DNA from: Deltaproteobacteria bacterium HGW-Deltaproteobacteria-14 | GTDB taxonomy: Bacteria; Myxococcota_A; UBA9042; PHBI01 | Direction: 5' to 3' | Assembly: GCA_002841945.1 (NCBI GenBank) | Contig: PHBI01000006.1 | Location: 453-64,452 of the forward strand | DNA: 64,000 nucleotides | Part shown: positions 1-9,968 of the stretch, one piece after another | Position numbering within the stretch: the stretch's first letter is position 1 | Layout of the letters: every line of letters begins with the position of its first letter | Position numbers and translations under genes: made by a program | The notes under the pieces: model-generated | The model's database searches: none | What the model saw: only the letters and a program-made list of their open reading frames with translations | What the model was told of the DNA's origin: nothing

Positions 1-629
1 AAATCGTCCCAGCGCGACGGCGTGGTGAGGCGCCGCTCGAAGACGCCGATGGCCTTCGCCATGTTGTCGTAGTTGACCGGGTCGGCCTCGCCGGGGAACG
101 CCTTGGCGAACGCGGCGACGTAGCCCGGGATGGACTTCAGCGTGGCCACGACGGTCTCGCCGTCCGGCATCGCCATCTCGACGGGGTTGAGGATCGGCCC
201 CTTGGCCTGCTCCTCGACGTCCGCGGAGCGCCCGTCCCAGAACTGCGCCAGGTGCCCGGCGGCGTTGTAGACGGTCGGCGAGTTGCGGCTCCCGCGCTGG
301 TGCTCGAAGCCGGGCGAGGTCGGCTCGCCGTCGACGCCGAAGCGATCGAGCTGATGGCAGCTGTTGCAGGAGATGTCCTGGCCCTTGGACATGCGGGTCT
401 CGTAGTAGAGCATGCGACCGAGGTCGGCCTTGTCCTGGGTCCAGGGGTTCGTGTCGCTGTCGAAGTTCGCGGGCAGAGTGGCGAAGGCCTGCGCCTTCTC
501 GCGGGCGGTCGCGAGCGGGGACTGGGGTGCGGCCGGGGGCGGCGCCGGGGCCTCCGCTTGCTTCGAGCAACCGGGAGTGGCGAGCGCGAGCGCCATCAAG
601 GTAGCCATGACCTGAGCCGTTGACCTCAT
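1..629 (-). CDS. Di-haem cytochrome c peroxidase (MauG/CCP family), probable lipoprotein; 3' end runs off the window
   Basis: Manual translation from ATG 629: MRSTAQVMATLMALALATPGC...LGRMLYYETRMS...ISCNSCH (CxxCH)...RNSPTVYNA...QFWDGR...QAKGPILNPVEM, all typical CCP motifs. Absent from the ORF track because it is truncated. Confidence 0.92.
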   Translation of the reverse strand, partial: MRSTAQVMATLMALALATPGCSKQAEAPAPPPAAPQSPLATAREKAQAFATLPANFDSDTNPWTQDKADLGRMLYYETRMSKGQDISCNSCHQLDRFGVDGEPTSPGFEHQRGSRNSPTVYNAAGHLAQFWDGRSADVEEQAKGPILNPVEMAMPDGETVVATLKSIPGYVAAFAKAFPGEADPVNYDNMAKAIGVFERRLTTPSRWDD

Positions 630-828
630 TTCGGACCTCCGTCGATTCGTACACTGCGCGCGGCACGAAGCCGCGCACGGGCCGGAAGGCTACGCGCGTA
701 GCTACCCCGTCCGAAACGGACGAATTGTCGCACCCCCCGTGCGCTCGCGGCGGGGACGGAGCGGCTTCGACACCGCGGCGGGCAGCGATGGGTAGCGCGC
801 CGGGCGCGCACGAGCTATCGTCCGGCTC

Positions 829-3108
829 GTGAAATTGGAGCAGCTCCAAGCGTTCTTCCCACCGGCGCGGCATGCGGACATCGCGGCCCTGTACGGGCGC
901 TATCTCCGCGACCGCCGGGTCGACGAGGACGTGGAGGGCTTCATCATCCACCTCCACGACGACGGGCTCCTCGCCCCGGAGGCGCTGCGCGACATCCTCG
1001 CGCATCACGAGGTCACGCTGAGCGACGTCCGCAACTTCGAGCCGGCCCACGGGACCCCCTACCGCCTCGTCAGCGGCCTCGGTGAGGGCGCGATGGGCGA
1101 GGTGTTCCTCGCGCGGGACCCGACGCTCCTGCGGACGGTCGCCGTCAAGCGCCTCAAGGGGAACCTCAAGGGGCGCCCCGCGCTGCTGCGCCGCTTCATC
1201 ACCGAGGCGCAGATCACCGCGCAGCTCGACCACCCCGCGATCGTCCCGATCTACGGCATCCAGGTCGACGGCGAGGGGCGCGTCTCCTACGCGATGAAGT
1301 TCGTCCTCGGCAAGACGCTGAAGGACTATATCCGCGAGACCCGGGCGCTCTACGATGAGGGGAAGCCGCTCGACGAGGATCACACGCTGCGCGCGCGCAT
1401 CGAGGCGTTCCTGCCGGTCATCGCGGCGATGGACTACGCCCACCGCCGCGGGATCATCCACCGCGACCTGAAGCCCGAGAACATCATGCTGGGCTCGTTC
1501 GGCGAGGTCCTGGTGATGGACTGGGGTATCGCCCGGCCGATCGGCCGCCGCGAGCGGGTCACCAGCGGCGAGTCGGTCGAGAACACGCGCGCCGGGACGC
1601 TGATCGGGACCCCGTATTATATGTCGCCCGAGCAGGCGCAGGGGCTGACCGAGGACCTCGACGACAAGAGCGACCAGTACGCGCTCGGGCTCATCCTCTA
1701 CGAGATCGCCACGCTCCACCGCGCCATCGCCGGCGAGACCCAGCTCGAGGTCGTCACCAAGGCGGCGAGCGGCGTGCGCGACGCGGTCGTCCACAGCTAC
1801 CCGAAGAGGAAGGTCCCGCGCGAGCTGGTGGCGATCATCGAGAAGGCGACGGCGCTGCGGCCCGAGGACCGCTACCCCGACACCGACGCGTTCGGCGACG
1901 ACCTGCGGCGGCTGCTGCGCGACGAGTCGGTCCACGCCGACCCCGACCGCGGGCTGCGCAAGGTGAAGCGCTGGGTCGGTCGCAACCGGGGCACCGCGAT
2001 GGCGCTCGGGTTCGGCTCCGTCCTGGCGTTCGCGCTGATCGGCGCGTTCTTCCTCTGGCAGGGCGCGGTCGCGCTGCGGCACGAGCGCGAGGCCGCCTAC
2101 CAGCGCGAGCAGCAGTTCCAGACGCTCATGAGCCGCGTCAACGGCCAGGCGAGCCAGATGAACACCGACCTGAGCCGCTTTGAGCGCTTGGTGCACGGCA
2201 TCGCCACGGTGGCCGACGAGGTCCTCAACGAGGACCCGCCCGAGGCGCCCGAGCCCATCGTCTATACCTACTATGTCGACCACATGGTCCCGGCCACTCC
2301 CCCGGCGACCGCCCACCCGGCCCCGGCGCCCGCCCGCGGCGGCGGCGTGGTCAGCTTCGACGAGCCGGACATGTCGCTCGCCCCCGGCGTCGACGCGGCG
2401 AAGGTCATGAAGCGGGCGCGGCAGCTCGCGCGGCTGCGCAAGGTCCTCAAGGACACCCTCTTGTGGAGCCACAGCGACGACACGACCTTCTTGCCGGAGG
2501 CAGAGCAGCGGCGCCTCGTCATGGAGGTCGGCGTGCCCCTGGTGTGGAGCTACGCCGTCGTCGACGAGGGGCTCTCGATCGGCTACCCGGGGACCTGGAA
2601 GCTCCTCGACCTCGATGAGGACTACGACGTCCGCAAGATGGAGTGGTACCGGAACTTCGCGCGCAAGCGCGGCATCAACTGGTCCACCGCGGGTGTCGAC
2701 GAGGGGGGGCTCGGCATCGTGATGACCCTGGCGGAGTCGGTCTGGGACGACGACGGCGGCTACATCGGCCTGGTCGCGATCGACATGACGCTGAGGTACT
2801 TCATCGACAACCTCCTCGAGCAGCCGGAGCTCGCGCGAGCGGGGGCGGAGTCCCTCATCCTCGACGAGCTGGGTCGGGTCATCGTGCGCTCGACGCAGAA
2901 GGAAGAGGCCCGCGACGCGAAGTCGTGGAAGCTCGTGCTCTACGACCAGGCGCGCCTGCTCGACGCGGTCAAGGCGCAGCGCTCGGGTCACATCACCCTC
3001 GACGACGGGCGCCTCGCCGTGTGGACCCACCTCGACACCGTCGCCTGGGTCTACGTCGTGGTCGGCGAGGCGAAGGCGATGCTCGGCGAGCCGCCGGCAG
3101 TGGACTGA
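829..3108 (+). CDS. Hanks-type Ser/Thr protein kinase with one TM helix and a C-terminal extracytoplasmic Cache-like domain
   Basis: LGEGAMGEV, VAVK, HRDLKPEN, DWG, GTPYYMSPEQ; TM segment AMALGFGSVLAFALIGAFFLW; Cache-like YDVRKMEWY...GLVAIDMTL...WVYVVV. Confidence 0.9.
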   Translation: MKLEQLQAFFPPARHADIAALYGRYLRDRRVDEDVEGFIIHLHDDGLLAPEALRDILAHHEVTLSDVRNFEPAHGTPYRLVSGLGEGAMGEVFLARDPTLLRTVAVKRLKGNLKGRPALLRRFITEAQITAQLDHPAIVPIYGIQVDGEGRVSYAMKFVLGKTLKDYIRETRALYDEGKPLDEDHTLRARIEAFLPVIAAMDYAHRRGIIHRDLKPENIMLGSFGEVLVMDWGIARPIGRRERVTSGESVENTRAGTLIGTPYYMSPEQAQGLTEDLDDKSDQYALGLILYEIATLHRAIAGETQLEVVTKAASGVRDAVVHSYPKRKVPRELVAIIEKATALRPEDRYPDTDAFGDDLRRLLRDESVHADPDRGLRKVKRWVGRNRGTAMALGFGSVLAFALIGAFFLWQGAVALRHEREAAYQREQQFQTLMSRVNGQASQMNTDLSRFERLVHGIATVADEVLNEDPPEAPEPIVYTYYVDHMVPATPPATAHPAPAPARGGGVVSFDEPDMSLAPGVDAAKVMKRARQLARLRKVLKDTLLWSHSDDTTFLPEAEQRRLVMEVGVPLVWSYAVVDEGLSIGYPGTWKLLDLDEDYDVRKMEWYRNFARKRGINWSTAGVDEGGLGIVMTLAESVWDDDGGYIGLVAIDMTLRYFIDNLLEQPELARAGAESLILDELGRVIVRSTQKEEARDAKSWKLVLYDQARLLDAVKAQRSGHITLDDGRLAVWTHLDTVAWVYVVVGEAKAMLGEPPAVD

Positions 3109-3293
3109 GCCAAGCCACGGCAGGTCCTCGACCGTCACGATGGGAACCGGGTCCAGCTTCGGCAGAGCGTCACGAGCTCTGGGCCCCGCTCGTCAGACCA
3201 CGACGCCCCGCCAGCGAGAGCGCCACACGGTCGGCGTGAACGCGGGGACGGCGAGCGGGGTCACCAGCGCCGTGTCGCGCTTCGTCTCCGCGG

Positions 3294-3581
3294 TCACGAG
3301 CCGAACCTCTCCGCCAGGCGCTCCGCCGTGAGCCCGTGGAGCGTGCTCATGATGTTGTAGGCCGTCAGCTCGACCAGGAGCGTCGTCACCAGGGCGTGCT
3401 GCGCGTCGTCGAGGCGGCCCTCGACCGCCTTCATCGCCGCCACCAGCGCCGCCTCCTGGGTGGCCAGCTCGGCGGAGTCGATGACGCCGTCGGCCAGGGC
3501 GTCGGTGAAGCGCTCGAGCTGCGCCAGGTGCTGGTCGAGCTGGGGGAGCTCGGCGTCGGAAAGCCACTCGCTGCGGGGCAT
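3294..3581 (-). CDS. Small helical hypothetical protein (about 95 aa), last gene of the PspA-ABC-AAA operon
   Basis: ATG at 3581 (or GTG at 3587) after CAGGAGA; 25 nt downstream of the AAA stop; typical codon usage; contains ALADGVIDSAE. Confidence 0.8.
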   Translation of the reverse strand: MPRSEWLSDAELPQLDQHLAQLERFTDALADGVIDSAELATQEAALVAAMKAVEGRLDDAQHALVTTLLVELTAYNIMSTLHGLTAERLAERFGS

Positions 3582-3606
3582 GGTCACTCGTCTCTCCTGG
3601 TCACGG

Positions 3607-5430
3607 TCACTGGGCGGACAGGGTGCGCTTGATCCCGGCGATCCGCTCGGAGAGGCGCGCGCGGCCACCGAGCCGGGCGACCTCGGCGGTCACGGCGGGG
3701 GGGAGGAACTCGGCGTCGGTGCACTCGACGATGGCGGCGAGGCGCTGAAGCTCGCGCTCGAGGCCCTCGGTAGACGGCAAGAAGTCCGCGAGCACGCCGG
3801 TCAGCCGCTCGCGGGTGATGCGCGGCTCACCGGCCAGCAGCGCCGCTCGCCAGGCGCGCCCGACGACCCCCTCGATGTCGGCGCCGGAGAGCTGGCCGGC
3901 GTGGGGCACCTCGGGCACGTCGGCGGCGTCGAGGGTGGCGCCGGACTTCTTCGCGAGCACCGTGAACATGGCGCGGAGCTCGGACTGCGCGGTCGGGTAG
4001 AAGAGCGGGATGTGCACCTCCGCCCTGCCCTGGCGCTTGAGGTCGACCGGCAGCAGATCGGGCCGGGCCGTGAGCAACATCCACAGGATGCGCCCACGAT
4101 AGCGGGTGTCGCCCATCTGGGCGGCGATGGTCCCGAAGATCCGGCTCGAGAGCCCCGAGTCCCCGCCGTCGCTCTCGCGGTCGCCGAGCATCGCGTCGGC
4201 CTCGTCGATGATCACGACGACCGGCCCCATGCTGCGCAGCACGCCGAGCACGCGCTCGAGGTTGGCCTCGGTCTCGCCGACGTACTTCGAGCGGAAGTTC
4301 TTGAGCGTCACGCACGGCAAGCCCAGCGAACCCGCGGCGCACTGCGCCAGAAACGACTTCCCGGTGCCGACCGGCCCGGTCACGAGGTAGCCCATCGGGA
4401 CCGAGTCGAGGTGCCCCCTGGCGAGCAGCTCGGCGTCGTCGACGAGGCGGCGCTTGGCGGCCTCGTGGCCGACCACCATGTCGAGGCCCCAGCGCGGCTC
4501 GACGAAGTCCAGGAGCCCCTGGGCCTGGCGCTCGATGAGGCGCTTCTTCAGCTCGCGGAAGCGCGCGCGGTCGAGGCGGCGGCGCCCCTCGATGGTCGAT
4601 CGCACCAGCACGCCCATGTCGGTGAGCGAGATCCCGGCGGTCAGGCGCGCCAGCTCGTCGAGGCCGAAGTCGCTGAAGGCGGCGACGTCGTGGCCCTCGG
4701 CCAGCGCGTCGAGGTAGGAGCGACGGGCGTCCTCGTCGGGCAGCGGCACCTCGAGGGTGGCGACGTGGGGGTTCTGGGTCAGGCGCTCGGAGACCCGGGC
4801 GACCTCCTGATCGACCATGACGAAGGCGACGTTGAGGCGCTTGAGGTAGGGGCTCGCCGCCCAGTCGAGGAGCGTCACCAGGTGGCGCTGCTCTTTCTCG
4901 CCGAGGCGGTCGCCGCGGGGCGCGACGAAGGCCGCGTGGGTGATGACGATGGCGACGCTGAGGCGGTCCTGCTGGCGGGCGGTCACGTTCTTGAGGAGGA
5001 AGCGGTCGAGCAGCGCGAGGACGACCGACGGATCCTTCGGCACCCCCTCGAGGTCGGCGACCCGGCGGGTGCAGGTCGCGACCATCGCGCGCAGGCGCTG
5101 CTCGTTCGAGCCCGCGACGCAGCGGAGGCCGCGCGCGAGGTCGTAGGCGAGCACGAGGTCCCAGCGGCCAAAGAGCTGCTCGGCGAGGAACTCCTCGAGG
5201 GTGCCGAAGCGCGGCGGGACGCCCGGCGCCCCGCGCGGCCCGAGGGGCACGAGATCCCAGGTGTTGCCGTGGATGACGAAGGCCGAGGTCGTGCCGGAGA
5301 AGTACAGCTCCGCCAGGCGCGCCGCCCAGCCGGGGAACCAGGCGGGGAGCGCCGCCGAGCCTCCCTCCTTGTCGTCCGCTGATGGCGCCGGCGGGGTCGG
5401 CGGGGGGGCGGCGTCGGCGGGTGCACTCAT
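3607..5430 (-). CDS. Classical AAA+ ATPase (Vps4/Cdc48-like C-terminal module) with a long N-terminal region
   Basis: Walker A GPVGTGKS, pore loop SKYVGETE, Walker B IIDEAD, SRH TARPDLLPVDLKRQGR; ATG 5430 overlaps the upstream stop (ATGA). Confidence 0.9.
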   Translation of the reverse strand: MSAPADAAPPPTPPAPSADDKEGGSAALPAWFPGWAARLAELYFSGTTSAFVIHGNTWDLVPLGPRGAPGVPPRFGTLEEFLAEQLFGRWDLVLAYDLARGLRCVAGSNEQRLRAMVATCTRRVADLEGVPKDPSVVLALLDRFLLKNVTARQQDRLSVAIVITHAAFVAPRGDRLGEKEQRHLVTLLDWAASPYLKRLNVAFVMVDQEVARVSERLTQNPHVATLEVPLPDEDARRSYLDALAEGHDVAAFSDFGLDELARLTAGISLTDMGVLVRSTIEGRRRLDRARFRELKKRLIERQAQGLLDFVEPRWGLDMVVGHEAAKRRLVDDAELLARGHLDSVPMGYLVTGPVGTGKSFLAQCAAGSLGLPCVTLKNFRSKYVGETEANLERVLGVLRSMGPVVVIIDEADAMLGDRESDGGDSGLSSRIFGTIAAQMGDTRYRGRILWMLLTARPDLLPVDLKRQGRAEVHIPLFYPTAQSELRAMFTVLAKKSGATLDAADVPEVPHAGQLSGADIEGVVGRAWRAALLAGEPRITRERLTGVLADFLPSTEGLERELQRLAAIVECTDAEFLPPAVTAEVARLGGRARLSERIAGIKRTLSAQ

Positions 5431-6326
5431 GCCTCCACGACCTCCTCGAGCTCGAGGTCCATGATGGCCGGAGCGTCGGCCGCCCCGTCGTCGATGCCCG
5501 TGAGGTGCTGGATCTCGCGGATGGCGCGCTCGGTCGAGGCCATGCTCTCGGCCACCGAGTCGACCTGGCTCGAGATGTAGTCCGGATCCTCGGTGCTCAC
5601 CGCCAGCTCGGTGAGCGCCCGGATCTTGCCGTCGATGCGGTCGAGCTCGATGTCGACGAACTCGGCGTTCTTCTCGGCCTGCTCGTAGTTCGAGAGCCGC
5701 AGCTCGCCGGTGGCCACGCTGTCGCGGAGCGACTTCAGGATGCGCTCGTCCTGATCCTCGGCCGCCTTGGTCTCGCGCAGGCGCAGCCGCTCGAGCTGCT
5801 CGGCGATCTCGTCCTTGTCGGTGGTCGCGAGGAACTCGGCGAGCGCGCGCTTGGAGTAGAGCAGGCGCAGAAACGCCCACAAGAGCCGGTCGAGGGTCCC
5901 GCGATCGATGCCCTTGGACGCGCCCACGCGCCCGCTGACGCCGCTCGCGATGGCCCCCATGTCGCGACAGCGCGCGCGCAGGTCCAAGAAGCGAGCGCGG
6001 CCGCCGACGTCGAGCCCTTGCAGGAGCGCCGCAACCGACTCCTGGCGGTTCGGGCGGGCTGCGTCCGACGGGGGTGGCGCCTCCTCGGCGTGGACACGCG
6101 CATCGATGGCCGAACGGAAGCGGTCGTTGCCGACGAGCCCGCCGAGGTAGATGAGCTCGCCCGCGATGACGAGCGGCAGCGCGACCCCGCCGGAGCCGGC
6201 GATGATGGCGGCGGCGGTCCCGCCGCCGAAGGCGAGCAGGTTCCAGTGGTAGAGGAACGCCTCCTTGAGGTAGCGCCAGACGCTGGCGCCCTCTCGTGGT
6301 GGCTTCCCGGTGGCGCGCGCGCTCAT
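5427..6326 (-). CDS. Hypothetical membrane protein: N-terminal hydrophobic segments plus a long coiled coil
   Basis: WNLLAFGGGTAAAIIAGSGGVALPLVIAGELIYLGGLV followed by E/R/L-rich heptads; coupled to its neighbours. Confidence 0.8.
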   Translation of the reverse strand: MSARATGKPPREGASVWRYLKEAFLYHWNLLAFGGGTAAAIIAGSGGVALPLVIAGELIYLGGLVGNDRFRSAIDARVHAEEAPPPSDAARPNRQESVAALLQGLDVGGRARFLDLRARCRDMGAIASGVSGRVGASKGIDRGTLDRLLWAFLRLLYSKRALAEFLATTDKDEIAEQLERLRLRETKAAEDQDERILKSLRDSVATGELRLSNYEQAEKNAEFVDIELDRIDGKIRALTELAVSTEDPDYISSQVDSVAESMASTERAIREIQHLTGIDDGAADAPAIMDLELEEVVEA

Positions 6327-6330
6327 GGGA

Positions 6331-7326
6331 TCAGTCGTCCCCCGCGCGGCGCGACGCCTCGAGGGTCTCGATGGTGTCGCGGATGTCGAAGACGTACTCG
6401 AGGAACCGCGGGTCGCGCTGCATCGCGTGGGCCGGCCGGTCGGGCGGCGGCACGGTGATCTCGCGCAGCAGCGTCCCGGGGGACGAGGACAGGATGTGGA
6501 CCCGGTCGCCGAGGTAGACCGCCTCCTCGATCGAGTGGGTCACGAAGAAGACGGTCGCCTCGAGGTCGCGCCACAGCGCCACGAGGTTGTCCTGCATCTG
6601 CATCCGGGTGGACGGGTCGAGGGCGCCGAAGGGCTCGTCCATGAGGATGATGCGCGGGGACAGGATCAGCGTCCGGGCGATGGCGACGCGCTGTCGCATC
6701 CCGCCCGAGAGCTGATGCGGGTACTTGCGGGCGTCGTTTTTGACCGAGAGCCCGACCTTGTCGATCCAGCCGTGCGCCTGCCCGATGCGCTCCGCCTTGC
6801 CGACGCCGCGGCAGGCGAGCCCGAAGGCGACGTTGTCCTCGACGGTCATGTGGTCGAACGAGGTGTAGTCCTGAAACACCATCCCGCGGTCCGCGCCCGG
6901 GCCGACGACCGGGCGGCCGTCGACGAGGACCTCGCCGGTCGTGGGCGGGTGCTGCGGGCCGAGCCCGGCGATGAGCCGCAGCACGGTGGACTTACCGCAG
7001 CCCGACGGCCCGAGGACGCAGATGAACTCGCCCTTGCCCGGGATGTCTTCGATCCGGAAGTGTACGTCCTTGATGGCCGTGAACGCCTTCGGGCCGTCGC
7101 CGTAGGTCTTGGTGACGTGCTTGAACTCGACGATGGCGGGGCGCCCGCTAGGGGCCGCCGCGGGCGCGGGCGCCTCGCCGCCAGCGGCGACGACCGTCAC
7201 CTCGGGCGCGGGCGGCGCCGCGTCCCGGTCGGGCGCGGCGGGGGGCGGGTCGGCCTTCGCCGCCGCGTCGATCTCCTTGATGAGGGCGTCGGCGTCCTTG
7301 AAAGGGACCGGGGCGTCTTCGCTCAC
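6331..7326 (-). CDS. NitT/TauT-family ABC transporter ATP-binding protein
   Basis: [41 protein letters not shown]; GTG 7326 overlaps the permease stop (GTGA). Confidence 0.93.
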   Translation of the reverse strand: MSEDAPVPFKDADALIKEIDAAAKADPPPAAPDRDAAPPAPEVTVVAAGGEAPAPAAAPSGRPAIVEFKHVTKTYGDGPKAFTAIKDVHFRIEDIPGKGEFICVLGPSGCGKSTVLRLIAGLGPQHPPTTGEVLVDGRPVVGPGADRGMVFQDYTSFDHMTVEDNVAFGLACRGVGKAERIGQAHGWIDKVGLSVKNDARKYPHQLSGGMRQRVAIARTLILSPRIILMDEPFGALDPSTRMQMQDNLVALWRDLEATVFFVTHSIEEAVYLGDRVHILSSSPGTLLREITVPPPDRPAHAMQRDPRFLEYVFDIRDTIETLEASRRAGDD

Positions 7327-8183
7327 AGGTCTCTCCGATAGGGGAACAAGCCGCGCTGGAACCACGACAGCGTCTTGTCGATGAGCCAGGCCAGGAGCCC
7401 GATGATCACGAGGATCATCAGGATGTCCTCGGGCTGCGAGCGCTTCTGGCTCATCTGGATGAGGAACCCGAGGCCCCGCTTCGCGTTCACCAGCTCCGCC
7501 AGCATGATGTAGCCGAACGCCAGCCCGAAGAGCTGCCGCTGGTCGGTGAACACCTGGGGCAGCGCGAGCGGCGCCAGCACCTTGCGGAAGACCTGCCACG
7601 ACGAGGCCCCGAGCGTCTGCGCCGTCTCGACGTAGCGCTGATGGATCGCCACGACCGCGCTCGCCGCGCTCGAGAAGACGAAGGGCACGGTGGCGATGAA
7701 GAGGAACATCACCTTCTGGGTCTCGTCGATGCCGAACCACATGAGCGTCAGCGGGATGAGCGCCGCGATGGGGATGTTGCGGCCGAAGATGACCAGCGGC
7801 GTGACGAAGGCGTTGAGCGGGCGCCAGGCCCCGGCCAGCATCCCGAACGGGATGCCGATGACGCAGGCGAGACCGAAGCCTAGGAAGACCCGGGTCAACG
7901 ACGCCGCGATGCTCGCGATGAGCCCGCGCTCACCGAACAGCCGCGGCAGGCTCTGGGCGGTCTCCCCGAGGCTCGGCAGCACCGCCGGCGAGATGGCGCG
8001 GTGCTCCGGGATGTCCCCCGAGGTCATGCCCCCCCAGACGAGCAGCAGCAGGCCGACGCTGCTGACGCCGAGGAGGATCCGCACGTAGTACGGCGGCTCC
8101 TCCCGCAGCCGGAAGAGGCGCTTGGTCCAGCTGTCCCCGGGCGGCCCCCCCCCTACCCCGGGCGCCTGTCCGCCGTCGCTCAC
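7323..8183 (-). CDS. NitT/TauT-family ABC transporter permease
   Basis: Multiple TM helices; [12 protein letters not shown]; EAA-loop-like [11 protein letters not shown]; AELV...GLG. Confidence 0.92.
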   Translation of the reverse strand: MSDGGQAPGVGGGPPGDSWTKRLFRLREEPPYYVRILLGVSSVGLLLLVWGGMTSGDIPEHRAISPAVLPSLGETAQSLPRLFGERGLIASIAASLTRVFLGFGLACVIGIPFGMLAGAWRPLNAFVTPLVIFGRNIPIAALIPLTLMWFGIDETQKVMFLFIATVPFVFSSAASAVVAIHQRYVETAQTLGASSWQVFRKVLAPLALPQVFTDQRQLFGLAFGYIMLAELVNAKRGLGFLIQMSQKRSQPEDILMILVIIGLLAWLIDKTLSWFQRGLFPYRRDL

Positions 8184-9913
8184 TCAGGCGCCTCCGCTGG
8201 GAAGACGCGGACCTCCACGCGGCGGTTCTTCGCGTGGTTGAGCGGGTCGTTGGGGTCGGCCGGGCGCGCCCAGCCCTTGCCCACCGCCGCGAACTGGTTG
8301 GGCTGTAGCGTCTTGAACTTCGCCACGATCGCCTGCTTGACCGCGTTCGCGCGGTTCTGCGACAGCTCGTTGACGAGGTTCTCGGGCACCCGCCCCTTCA
8401 TGGAGCTGTCGGTGTGCCCCTCGATGACGATGCGCGCCGCGCCGTACTGCCCGGCGAGGGTCCCGATCTCGTCGACGATGAAGTCGACGTTCGGGTCGTA
8501 GAGCTCCTCGACGTCCTTGCCATCGACCTTCTTGGTCACCTTCTTGGCGAGGTCCCACGAGTTCGGGAAGAAGTGGATCACCACCGTCTTGGTCAGGATC
8601 TCGGGCGCCTCGGCCTCGATCTGCGACGCCGTGCTGGGCGCGAACTGGACGCTGTACTCGTCCTTCTGGTCGCCGTACTTCGGCTCGGCGGCGAGCTTCT
8701 TCAGGATGGAGAAGTCGGCGATCTGGTCGAACGGGACCTTCGCCGTGACCTGGCCGATCCGCTTGTAGAGGAAGTGGGCCGTGTTGTAGGTGCGCTCGAA
8801 GTTCGTCGGGTTGTTCTGGTTGACGAAGAACTCCATGTTTTCAGCGTGATTCGTCCAGTGCGCGTCGCCGAGCATCCCGAGGGTGTCGGACTCGGGGATG
8901 GAGTAGCCCGACGCCATCCACTTCGAGACCTGGACCTTCGCGTCCTGCGTCTTGAGCGCGGTCATGGCGTCGAAGATGCCGCGGACGATGCCCTCGACGA
9001 TGTCCGGGTGGTCCTTGGCGAAGTCGGCGCGGGCGTACCAGACGTCGGCGATGAGCTTGTTCGCGGTCTGAGTCGACACGAGGAGCTTGTTCCCCTTGAT
9101 GCCGCTCAGGTTGTAGATGTCGGGGGCCCACGAGACGCAGCCGGCGATGGAGCTGTCGGCGTTGAACGCGGCGGCCGCCTGGAAGGCGTCCTGGGTGTAC
9201 TTGAAGTTCACCTCTGAGGGCTGCACGCCCGCGTTGATGAGGGCGTTGAGGACGAAGAACTGCGACGGCGAGTTCTGGGCGAGGACGACGGTCTTGCCTC
9301 GCAGATCGCTCATCGTCCTGATGGAGTCCCGCACGACGATGCCGTCGCCGCCGTTGGACCAGTCCACCTGCTGGTAGACGCGCGGCATGGTGCGCGAGTC
9401 CTTGCGGAGCCCCTCGATGAGCAGCGGCAGCATGTCGACCGTGGCCCAGCCAACGTGGACCTTGCCGGCGGCGAAGGCGTCACGCATGGCGACCGGGTCG
9501 TCGAGCAGCACGAGCTCGACCTTGAACTCCTTGCCGCCGGGGGTCTTCCACACCTTGCTCGGGGCGAAGCCCTCGTTGGCGTAGATGATCGGCGCCCAGC
9601 CGGCCCAGACGTTGATCGAGAACTTGACGGTGTTGCCGTCGTCGAGCGCCTCGTAGTCGGAGACGCCCTTGACCTCGGGCAGCTTCTCCGACGGGATGAA
9701 GTTGTACTCCTTGACCGTCGTGATGCCCGCGGAGTCCGACGCCTCGGCCTGCTGCTTGATCTTGTCGAGGTCCTCTTGGGACAGCGGCTGTGGGTTGTTC
9801 GCCGGATCCGGGGTGTCGCTCCCCTTGTTCATCTGGATCAGCGCGAAGGCCACCAAGCCGGCGACGATCACGAACAGGGCCACGAAGAATGCGGGCTTTG
9901 GCTTGGCTGCCAT
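8180..9913 (-). CDS. N-terminally anchored NMT1/TauA-like solute-binding protein fused to an OmpA-C peptidoglycan-binding domain
   Basis: N-terminal hydrophobic helix; WAGW, DWSNGGDGIV, DLRGKTV (SBP); IEGHTD, LSQNRANAV, NRRVEV (OmpA-C). Confidence 0.88.
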   Translation of the reverse strand: MAAKPKPAFFVALFVIVAGLVAFALIQMNKGSDTPDPANNPQPLSQEDLDKIKQQAEASDSAGITTVKEYNFIPSEKLPEVKGVSDYEALDDGNTVKFSINVWAGWAPIIYANEGFAPSKVWKTPGGKEFKVELVLLDDPVAMRDAFAAGKVHVGWATVDMLPLLIEGLRKDSRTMPRVYQQVDWSNGGDGIVVRDSIRTMSDLRGKTVVLAQNSPSQFFVLNALINAGVQPSEVNFKYTQDAFQAAAAFNADSSIAGCVSWAPDIYNLSGIKGNKLLVSTQTANKLIADVWYARADFAKDHPDIVEGIVRGIFDAMTALKTQDAKVQVSKWMASGYSIPESDTLGMLGDAHWTNHAENMEFFVNQNNPTNFERTYNTAHFLYKRIGQVTAKVPFDQIADFSILKKLAAEPKYGDQKDEYSVQFAPSTASQIEAEAPEILTKTVVIHFFPNSWDLAKKVTKKVDGKDVEELYDPNVDFIVDEIGTLAGQYGAARIVIEGHTDSSMKGRVPENLVNELSQNRANAVKQAIVAKFKTLQPNQFAAVGKGWARPADPNDPLNHAKNRRVEVRVFPAEAPE

Positions 9914-9968
9914 CGGGTTCTCTCCTGGATTGACTCGTCAGGGTGGCCGCGCGAGCGGGCCGGTTGGT

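Noticed and set aside
689-702. 14-bp palindrome GCTACGCGCGTAGC between the peroxidase and kinase genes
   Set aside because: Single copy with a GC-rich core; cannot be told apart from chance without comparative data
3460-5382. Long antisense or alternate-frame ORFs (here and at, for example, 9669-12200, 13733-15484, 23681-25711, 53570-55879)
   Set aside because: Shadow ORFs caused by high GC3; they overlap well-supported genes and show no motifs
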